Below are positions 57,704 through 64,000 of a stretch of 64,000 bases of DNA, in pieces. Within the stretch, counting starts at the first letter, position 1, and each line of letters opens with the position of its first letter. The translations under genes were made by a program, and so were the position numbers. Source of the DNA: an uncultured Acidobacteriota bacterium (lineage in GTDB: Bacteria > Acidobacteriota > Thermoanaerobaculia > UBA5066 > Gp7-AA6); assembly GCA_963742245.1 (NCBI GenBank), contig CAVULG010000004.1:279493-343492 (forward strand). Reading direction: 5' to 3'. The notes beneath the pieces are model-generated. The model saw only the letters and a program-made list of their open reading frames with translations, was not told the origin of the DNA and ran no database searches.

Positions 57704-59806
57704 CTACTGGAAATCACGCGGGATCGCCTGGTCCCACGCCTTCTCGCGCACGAGCTTTCCGTCGACGTAGAGCCTGCGCTTTCCTTCGTAGTGAAACTTC
57801 TCCTTGTCGCTCCGGAAGACGACCGTGCTCTCGATCCGCAGCGTCCGATCCTTGAGCTTGACCTCGGTCGCGTACTCGCCCTTGGCCGAGGTCTTCGCGG
57901 GATCGCCGTCGCTCGCCTCGTGGGTGATCGACTCGCTGTTGCGCTCCTCGCCCCAGGGATAGCGGCTCGCGCTCGAGCTCGTCGCCACGACCTTCGCCTT
58001 CCCGGTGCGCGGGTCGCGGTCGACCGAGGAGATCTCGCCGTAACCCGACGTCGTGCCGGCGTCGAGCGATTCGAACCCCGGCAGCCGGTCCTCGCGCTTC
58101 GGGATGGGCTGGTACTCGGGCTTGACCCGCAGCGCCGGCGCTCCGTCGATGACCGGCAGCACGAGGCGCGTCCCCGCGGGGCCCATGAAGAGCTTCGTCG
58201 TCATCGGGTACGGCGTGGGCCAGATCATCGGCCACTGCGCGTTGGACACCGCGAGCCGGATGCGATGCCCCTTCGGGAACACCCAGGACGTGAAGTGGAG
58301 CTCGATCTCGAGAGGAAACCGCTTGCCGGTCGGCAGCGCCTTCGGCTCGCTGGCCGACTCGCGGTGCGCGCCGTTCTGGCCGGCGCTGGTCACGAGCGTC
58401 ACGGTGCCGTCCGGCGCGACGTCGTTGAGGCGCGCGAACCAGTGCGCGAGCGGCGCGTCCGCCGAGACCTCCAGGAGCGCCTTGGGGAGCCCGAGGATCT
58501 CGACGTCCGCCTCGAGCGGCGCCGTTTCGTAGACGAGACTGAACGCGTCCGTCGGCCGCTGGTCCGGCGCGACGTCGCCGAACCACATCACGGGGCCGCC
58601 GGCCTCCACGCCCGTCGTCGGCACGTAACGCAGCTCGGCCGCCGCGGGGGACGGAGGCTTCTCGTCGAGGCCGCCCTCGGGTTGCGGAAAGAGCACGCGC
58701 TCCCGGATCCGCGCGACCGGCCAGCCCTCCTCGTAGCGCCAGAACCCCGGCGCGAACTCCAGGAACGGCCCGGGCGGGTGCCACTGCCGCACGTAGACCG
58801 CGAGCCGCGGCTCGTCCATGATCCCCGTGTTCTTCCCCTTCAGCCACTGGTCGTACCAGCGCAGCGCCTCGCGCCGCCAGTCGAAACCGGGCTTCGGATA
58901 CGGCTGGTCCGGGTACGTGTGGTGCCACGCGCCGACGATCGCCTTCACCGGCGCCTTCATGTGCTCGAGCATCCGCGGCACGCTGTCGCGGTAGCCGTCG
59001 TACCAGCCGCCGATCAAGAACGTCGGGATCCGGATCGAGTCGTAGCGCGTCTTCAGGGCCGTGCGGTCCCAGAACGGCCCGTCGCGCTGCTGCCGCTTGT
59101 AGGTCAGCATCCAGGGCGGCTGGTCGAAGCGGTCCTTGAAGTACGCCTCGTCGATCCGGTAGTCGGGCGCGCCGGGCATCGAGTTGGCGACGTCCATGAG
59201 CATTTCCCAGGAGTCGACGTGGATCATGCCGTCCATGAAGTGCACGTCGTCCTGGTAGAGATCGTCCGTGGCGTCGATCGCGATGATCGTCTTCAGGGCC
59301 GGGACGCGCCGCATCGCCATGTGGATGGAGTTGAAGCCTCCCCACGAGATGCCGAACATGCCGACGTTGCCGTTGGACCACTTCTGGCGCGCGAGGTGGG
59401 CGATGACCTCCTCGCCGTCCTTCTGCTCGATCTCGCTGTACTCGTACGGGATGAGCGTGCCCTCGCTGTTGCCCGTGCCGCGAATGTCGACGCGCGCGAC
59501 GACGTAGCCGCGTTTGACGAAGTAGGCGTAGAAGCCGTAGTTCGAGGGTCGCGACTCGGTCTTGCGGTACGGCAGGTACTCCAGCAGCACCGGAAACTTC
59601 CCGCCGTCGCCCTTGCCCTTGGGACGCCACACGTCGGCGGCCAGGCGCACGCCGTCCTTCATCGGGATCCACGTTTCCTCGAGGACGACGTCGAAGGTCG
59701 GTGCGGAGAGCGCGTCGATCTTCGGCTTCGCCGCCGCGCCGACGAGCGCTGCGCATCCAGCCGCTGCCAACAAGAGCGCGGCGATCGGGCCGCGACCCGC
59801 AGTCAT
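57704..59806 (-). CDS. CocE/NonD-family hydrolase (S15 X-Pro dipeptidyl-peptidase-like), probable lipoprotein
   Basis: Intact 700-aa ORF with lipobox LLAAAGC. Segments: PVLLEYLPYRK, VDIRGTGNSEG, GISWGGFNS (GxSxG nucleophile). Confidence 0.8.
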   Translation of the reverse strand: MTAGRGPIAALLLAAAGCAALVGAAAKPKIDALSAPTFDVVLEETWIPMKDGVRLAADVWRPKGKGDGGKFPVLLEYLPYRKTESRPSNYGFYAYFVKRGYVVARVDIRGTGNSEGTLIPYEYSEIEQKDGEEVIAHLARQKWSNGNVGMFGISWGGFNSIHMAMRRVPALKTIIAIDATDDLYQDDVHFMDGMIHVDSWEMLMDVANSMPGAPDYRIDEAYFKDRFDQPPWMLTYKRQQRDGPFWDRTALKTRYDSIRIPTFLIGGWYDGYRDSVPRMLEHMKAPVKAIVGAWHHTYPDQPYPKPGFDWRREALRWYDQWLKGKNTGIMDEPRLAVYVRQWHPPGPFLEFAPGFWRYEEGWPVARIRERVLFPQPEGGLDEKPPSPAAAELRYVPTTGVEAGGPVMWFGDVAPDQRPTDAFSLVYETAPLEADVEILGLPKALLEVSADAPLAHWFARLNDVAPDGTVTLVTSAGQNGAHRESASEPKALPTGKRFPLEIELHFTSWVFPKGHRIRLAVSNAQWPMIWPTPYPMTTKLFMGPAGTRLVLPVIDGAPALRVKPEYQPIPKREDRLPGFESLDAGTTSGYGEISSVDRDPRTGKAKVVATSSSASRYPWGEERNSESITHEASDGDPAKTSAKGEYATEVKLKDRTLRIESTVVFRSDKEKFHYEGKRRLYVDGKLVREKAWDQAIPRDFQ

Positions 59807-59813
59807 TTTTCTG

Positions 59814-60521
59814 TCAGCGTCCTTGCGGAGGCAGTGTAGCTCGACCGGTGTCGTAGCGCTGCGCGAGGCGTTCGATGTCCGCCGGCTCGAGGACTTTCCG
59901 TTCGTCGCCGTTCAGGGCGAGCTCGAGCATCGCGCGGCCGATCGACACGGTCGTCGCGATGGTTTTCGGGAGCGCCCGCCGCAGCAGCGGAATCACCGGT
60001 GCGAGAACGACGTAGAAGGCGCGATAGAGCGGTGTGCGCGAGCGCACGCCGCGCAGCGGCTGAATGAACCCCGGCCGTAGCATGTACGCGCCGGCGAAGG
60101 GAAGCGCGAGGAGCGCGTTCTCCGTGCGTCCCTTGACGCGCGCCCACATGACGCGGCCGCGCTCGGTCGAGTCGGTCCCGGCGCCGGACACGTAGCAGAA
60201 AATGAGCCGCGGGCTCTTCGCGAGAACCGCTCGCGCCGCCGCGAGCGTGAGGTCGTGGGTCTGGTGCGCGTATTCGGCTTCGGAAAGGCCCGCGGCCGAG
60301 ATGCCGAGCGTGAAGAAGCACGCGTCGAGCCCTGCGAGCCACGACTCGATCGCCGAATAGTCGTAGAAGTCGGCGTGGAGGATCTCGGTGAGCTTCGGGT
60401 GCGTGACGCCGCAGCTGCGCCGACCGACGGCGAGGACGGACTCGACCCGCGGATCGTCCAGGCACTCGAGGAGCACCCCGGCGCCCACCATGCCGCTCGC
60501 GCCGAAGACCACCACCCGCAT
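59814..60521 (-). CDS. NAD(P)H-binding (NmrA/atypical SDR-like) protein
   Basis: 235 aa from MRVVVFGASGMVGAGV (Rossmann GxxGxxG), within ORF 59814..60551. Confidence 0.7.
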   Translation of the reverse strand: MRVVVFGASGMVGAGVLLECLDDPRVESVLAVGRRSCGVTHPKLTEILHADFYDYSAIESWLAGLDACFFTLGISAAGLSEAEYAHQTHDLTLAAARAVLAKSPRLIFCYVSGAGTDSTERGRVMWARVKGRTENALLALPFAGAYMLRPGFIQPLRGVRSRTPLYRAFYVVLAPVIPLLRRALPKTIATTVSIGRAMLELALNGDERKVLEPADIERLAQRYDTGRATLPPQGR

Positions 60522-60539
60522 CGTCTTCAGGCTAGCACC

Positions 60540-60665
60540 GGGCGGCCGCAAGGGCCGCCCCTACGACCCTCCGACTGGGTTGCCGCCGTCCTGCGGACGG
60601 CGTCTCCTACTGCCGGGGGTTGTCCTTCGGTGGACGGACGCCCCCGCCCTCCTGCCGTCGCCTAC
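60540..60665 (-). repeat. Cluster of three GTAG-headed palindromic (REP-like) units filling the intergenic region
   Basis: Minus-strand units: GTAG(60665..60662)-GCGACGGCAGGAGGGCGGGGGCGTCCGTCC..; GTAG(60610..60607)-GAGAC-GCCGTCC-GCA-GGACGGC; GTAG(60564..60561)-GGGCGGCC-CTTGC-GGCCGCCC. The first GTAG contains the lipoprotein gene's stop codon. Confidence 0.55.
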
Positions 60666-61003
60666 TGCGTGTCCGGCGAATCGAGCACGAGCGGCGGCGG
60701 CATCGCGAGGCCGCCGGGCGACACGGTGACGTCCAGCGGTTTCGGCGTCGTGTAGCCGGCGAACTCGCAGAGGAGCCGGTATTGCCCCACCACGATGCTC
60801 GGAAACGTGAACGCCCCGCCGTCGCCCGTCGTGACGGTCTCGACCGCCTTGCCGTCCAGGCCCTGGAGCGTGACCGTGATGCCGGGAAGCGCGTTGCCGT
60901 TCTCGTCCACGGCGCGCCCGCGAATCGAGCCCACGTTGCCGGGACCCTGGCTCGCGCAAGCCGCGGCGACGACGAGCAATGCCAGCCCGAGCAAGCGCTT
61001 CAT
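60662..61003 (-). CDS. Small lipoprotein with CarboxypepD_reg-like (Ig-like) domain
   Basis: Intact 113-aa ORF: LLVVAAAC, then GSIRGRAVDENGNALPGITVTLQG..TTGDGGAFTFPSIVVGQYRL. Confidence 0.7.
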   Translation of the reverse strand: MKRLLGLALLVVAAACASQGPGNVGSIRGRAVDENGNALPGITVTLQGLDGKAVETVTTGDGGAFTFPSIVVGQYRLLCEFAGYTTPKPLDVTVSPGGLAMPPPLVLDSPDTQ

Positions 61004-61497
61004 GGAGTCAGCGCCCGCAGCGGAATCGGCCCGCTCGAGCGGCTATCCCCCGTCAGCATGCGTCTCACGTTCACGGCCTGGCCGAGATGATATGCCGCGT
61101 GCGTGCAGAGGTGCATGAGAAACCGGTCCGTCGCCACGCTGCGATCGTCGAGCTTCTCCGGATACTCGGCCTCGAGACGTTCCTGCGACAGACCCGGCAG
61201 CACGTCCTGGACGACGCGGACCGCGACGTCGAGCTCCGCCGCGACCTCGTCCCGCGTTCCGGATCTGCGGCCGAACTCGATCGGACGGTTGCGCGCATAC
61301 GGAACGCCCCCCAGGATGCGTCCGACGAACTCCTGCAGGTTGCCCGCGACGTGAAGCGCGAGGTTGCCGACCGAGTTGGGAACGGCCGGCGGCATCCGGA
61401 AGAGGGTTTCGTCGTCTCCGAACATCGCGATCTCGCGCCGGAATCCCTCGAGCTCGCGGACGAGCAGAAGCGCGAGGTTCTCGCCGAGCCGGGTCAT
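61000..61497 (-). CDS. DinB-family (DUF664/DinB_2-like) protein
   Basis: 165 aa from MTRLGENLALLLVRELEGF, within ORF 61000..61731. Segments: NSVGNLALHVAGNL, LMHLCTHAAYHLGQ. ATGA overlaps occur at both ends. Confidence 0.65.
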   Translation of the reverse strand: MTRLGENLALLLVRELEGFRREIAMFGDDETLFRMPPAVPNSVGNLALHVAGNLQEFVGRILGGVPYARNRPIEFGRRSGTRDEVAAELDVAVRVVQDVLPGLSQERLEAEYPEKLDDRSVATDRFLMHLCTHAAYHLGQAVNVRRMLTGDSRSSGPIPLRALTP

Positions 61498-61889
61498 CGG
61501 GACGGTCCCCAGGCGACGGCCTCGATCTCGAGCAGCCACCGCCGATCGAGCGTCGCGGCGCCGACGACCGTCAGCGCCGGCGCGTGCGCGCCGAGCACCT
61601 CGCGCCGCACCCGAGCGTTGACGTCGGCTAACGAGACGTCGGAGAGGTACGTCGTCACCTTCACCAGGTTCGGATACGAGAGTCCGGCCGCGGAAAGCGT
61701 CGCCCCGACGTGCGACCAGACCAGCCGGCACTGCGCCTCGAACCCCGCCGGGACCGTTCCGTCCGCCGCCTCCGGGATCTGCCCGCTGATGAAGAGAAGC
61801 CGGCCGGAACCCGCCACCTCCGCGCCGTGGACGTAGTTGCCGACCGGCGCGGGAACCGAATCGGGGTGGATCGGCCTCAGCGCGCTCAC
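61494..61889 (-). CDS. RidA/YjgF/L-PSP family enamine/imine deaminase-like protein
   Basis: Intact 131-aa ORF: PVGNYVHG..LLFISGQIP..NLVKVTTYL..LEIEAVA. The GTG overlaps the upstream stop. Confidence 0.75.
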   Translation of the reverse strand: MSALRPIHPDSVPAPVGNYVHGAEVAGSGRLLFISGQIPEAADGTVPAGFEAQCRLVWSHVGATLSAAGLSYPNLVKVTTYLSDVSLADVNARVRREVLGAHAPALTVVGAATLDRRWLLEIEAVAWGPSR

Positions 61890-62302
61890 CGCTTCCCCGC
61901 GAGCGCGTAGTCGAGAACGTAGCGGTGCACCTTTCCGTCGACCTCGATCGTCATCGTTCCCGCGAGACCCTCGAGGGCGCCCGTACCGGAATCCGGCACG
62001 ACCGTGATCGTCAGCGACGGCTTTCCGCGGTCCATCCGTCCATCGTGCTGCAGCGCGAAGGTGCCCCGGCGTCCGGAGAGCGTGCCGTCGAACCGCTCGA
62101 GCGCCACGTAGCCGGCCGAGCCCTCGACCGCGGTCATCGTCGCGAGCATCTGGCCGCGGCTGACTCCGGCGAGGTCGCCGTGAAACACCTTGTCGAGGGC
62201 CATGCGCCCGATCGTCGGATCGCCGATGCTCGCCTCCGACTCCTGCGGGATCATCTTGACTTCGAACGTGCCGGCGGCCCGCCCGGGATCATTCGTCTCC
62301 AT
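61886..62302 (-). CDS. DUF3224 domain protein
   Basis: Intact 138-aa ORF: FEVKMIPQ..KVFHGDLAGVSRGQML..GTFALQHDG. Confidence 0.6.
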   Translation of the reverse strand: METNDPGRAAGTFEVKMIPQESEASIGDPTIGRMALDKVFHGDLAGVSRGQMLATMTAVEGSAGYVALERFDGTLSGRRGTFALQHDGRMDRGKPSLTITVVPDSGTGALEGLAGTMTIEVDGKVHRYVLDYALAGKR

Positions 62303-63863
62303 TCGCGGCCTCTTTCTTTTCGGGCATCCGTCCGTACTTGCGCAGGGCCTTCACGACGCGATCCGCCGGCAGCGCGTAAACGCGCAGGCCGTCCGCGCCC
62401 GTCATCGTCTCCGCCGCGAGCATCGCGTTGACGACCGCCTCCTCCGTCGCCTCGATCGTGGCGCGGAAGAACGGATTGAGGTCGTCGTTGGCGAGCATCC
62501 GCACGGCGGCCTCTCCTTTCGCCTTCGCGTTCGACCGGTTCGCGGTGGAGAAGGCGAGGAACAGGTCGCCGGACTGGTTGCCCGCCCAGCTCCCGAGCCG
62601 CCCGAGGCCCATGCCGACGCGCTTGGCCAGGCGTTCGAGCTGATCCGGAAGCAGCGGCGCGTCGGTCGCGACGATCACGACGATCGAGCCGCGCCCCAGG
62701 TCGACCTCGCCGCCGCTCTTCGTCGACGGCGCCGGCGGTTTCGCTCCGCAATGCGGCACGTCTTCCAGCCACGAACGGGTCGGAGCACCGTCGATCGCGA
62801 GACAGGACTTCAGGTCCTGGATCTCGCGGCCGACCGGCGCGCCCAGGATCTGGAGATCGCCGCCGTAGTTGCACTGCACGAGCACGCCGACGGTGTACGA
62901 CTTTCCGTCGATGTCCGAGACGACGCGCGAGGACGTTCCGATCCCTCCCTTGAAGCCGTTGCACGTCATCCCGGTCCCGCCGCCGACGGCGCCCTCGACC
63001 ACGCGTCCCGTGACCGCCCCGTCGAGCGCCGCAAAGACGTGCTCGGGCTTCACATGCCGGCCGGTCGAATCGGACAGCGCGTCGAAGGTCTCCGAGACGA
63101 TCGGGTACGTGAAGACGAACTCCCGGCCGTGCTCCTCCTGCCACTGGATCGCCGCGTCGCGCACCGTGCCGACGCTGTGCGTCCCGGTGATCAGGATGGG
63201 CCCCTCGAGAAAGCCCGATTCCGCGATCCAGTTGACGCCCGTCATGTCGCCGTTGCCGTTCTGGTTGAACGTCGCGGCCATGACGAAGTCCCAGTCGCCC
63301 CGCGGGCGCGTGAGGATCGCCGTGACTCCCGTGCGCACGGGGCCCTTGCCCGGGACCATGCGCCCCTCGCCCGAGATCAGCGTCACGTGCCCGACCGCGA
63401 CGCCCGCGACGTCGGTGATCGCGTTGTTCGGGCCCGTCTTGCCCGGAAACGGAATGCCGAGCTCGCGGCCGCGCGGCTTCGCGGCCGCGTCGGCGGCGAT
63501 GGCTTGGACCGCGAAGAGAAGACACGCCGCCAGCAGCGCGCCGACTTTCCCGATGAGACGCTTCGGCGCGCGCCTCCGCCAGGCTTCCTTCAAAAGCATC
63601 TCGAGAATCCTCCGATCCGCGGCGCCGAGCCGCACCCGAACGCCCGCAACCTGCTTGCCCCAGCGAAGCTCTTCGCAGGCGCGCGGCGATGCGGCAACCG
63701 CCATGTCGACCTCGTCGCGCTCGAGCATCACGTGGAGATGGGCGTCGTCGGGCATCGTCGCGAAAATCTTCTTCCCGACGCGAAACGACGGAATCCCATG
63801 GTGCGGCGCCTCGACCGCTTCCGGCAGCGCGAGGGCGATCCGGCGCGCGTCGCGGCCCTTCAC
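62289..63863 (-). CDS. Single ORF joining a YjbR/MmcQ-like domain (aa 1-104) to a signal peptide and a DmpA/S58 (P1-family) aminopeptidase domain
   Basis: Intact 524-aa ORF. N-terminus: IALALPEAVEAPHHGIPSFRVGKKIFATM..WGKQVAGVRV. Then KRLIGKVGALLAACLLFAVQAIAA. Then NAITDVAGVAVGH, GVTAIL, GGGTGMTCNGFKGGIGTSS, IVVIVATDAPL. An internal ATG (MLLKEAWRRRAPKRL) could start the DmpA part alone. Confidence 0.7.
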   Translation of the reverse strand: MKGRDARRIALALPEAVEAPHHGIPSFRVGKKIFATMPDDAHLHVMLERDEVDMAVAASPRACEELRWGKQVAGVRVRLGAADRRILEMLLKEAWRRRAPKRLIGKVGALLAACLLFAVQAIAADAAAKPRGRELGIPFPGKTGPNNAITDVAGVAVGHVTLISGEGRMVPGKGPVRTGVTAILTRPRGDWDFVMAATFNQNGNGDMTGVNWIAESGFLEGPILITGTHSVGTVRDAAIQWQEEHGREFVFTYPIVSETFDALSDSTGRHVKPEHVFAALDGAVTGRVVEGAVGGGTGMTCNGFKGGIGTSSRVVSDIDGKSYTVGVLVQCNYGGDLQILGAPVGREIQDLKSCLAIDGAPTRSWLEDVPHCGAKPPAPSTKSGGEVDLGRGSIVVIVATDAPLLPDQLERLAKRVGMGLGRLGSWAGNQSGDLFLAFSTANRSNAKAKGEAAVRMLANDDLNPFFRATIEATEEAVVNAMLAAETMTGADGLRVYALPADRVVKALRKYGRMPEKKEAANGDE

Positions 63864-64000
63864 GTGCGGGCGAACCGCGCGTTCACCGAGTCTCCCGGGA
63901 AACTGCGTGTCAGCTGCGCGAACGTTCCCTTCTCGACCATTTCGTTGGCCGCGTCGAGGAACCCCGCCCAGGCCGCGCGGGCGAGCGATCCGCCGACGCT
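63860..64000 (-). CDS. 3' end of an unidentified gene running off the window
   Basis: My own translation: ..AWAGFLDAANEMVEKGTFAQLTRSFPGDSVNARFART stop. Its TGA overlaps the GTG of the next gene (GTGA). It is too short for the ORF track. Confidence 0.3.
   Translation of the reverse strand, partial: SVGGSLARAAWAGFLDAANEMVEKGTFAQLTRSFPGDSVNARFART

Noticed and set aside
1-64000. Mobile elements, prophage, a defence island or a biosynthetic gene cluster.
   Set aside because: I recognised no integrase, transposase, RAYT, phage structural, restriction/CBASS/Cas-type or PKS/NRPS signatures in any frame. The only mobile-like features are the short REP-like palindromes.

Overview
Very GC-rich bacterial chromosomal segment. 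I saw no rRNA, tRNA, CRISPR, transposase, integrase or phage genes. The gene content suggests an Acidobacteriota/Gemmatimonadota-like soil organism (inference only): CarboxypepD_reg-type TonB-dependent receptors, a Hanks kinase with a PD40 propeller, a large alpha-2-macroglobulin, and many NTF2/DinB_2/GNAT accessory genes. Only three convincing genes lie on the plus strand (yceI-like, Ser/Thr kinase, wHTH-FHA regulator). From 14.4 kb to the end of the window every gene is on the minus strand, often joined by 4-nt ATGA/GTGA start/stop overlaps. Recognisable content: M1 aminopeptidase; two tandem TonB-receptor paralogs plus a BNR propeller; kinase and FHA regulator; thioester A2M; DUF5916/CBM9 protein; dnaE2; MFS, ClC and serine hydrolase; agmatinase-family enzyme; an arabinose-type cluster (FucI-family isomerase, ribulokinase, Rbs-like ABC transporter); S9 peptidase; DUF2961 (GH172)-HEAT protein; then a long run of small stress/detox-type genes ending in a YjbR-DmpA fusion. 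Main observations: (1) a REP-like GTAG-headed palindrome family, one copy of which is amplified as a 45-bp in-frame tandem array inside a GNAT gene; (2) a recurrent -10-like octamer TA(G/T)(A/G)AT(C/T)C at fixed distances from at least 11 start codons, including apparently leaderless genes, often containing the upstream gene's stop codon; (3) a strikingly patchy distribution of frameshifts, with about 10 kb and 15 kb blocks where nearly every gene is broken next to blocks with none; (4) a kinase/FHA-wHTH module; (5) an orphan dnaE2 with a near-consensus promoter and an 11-bp-phased direct repeat; (6) a shared 12-nt inverted repeat at cistron junctions of the sugar operon. Start coordinates I chose are derived from ORF-track frames. 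Coordinates of short motifs were read by eye and may be off by 1-2 nt. Family assignments come from motif recall, not from database searches.
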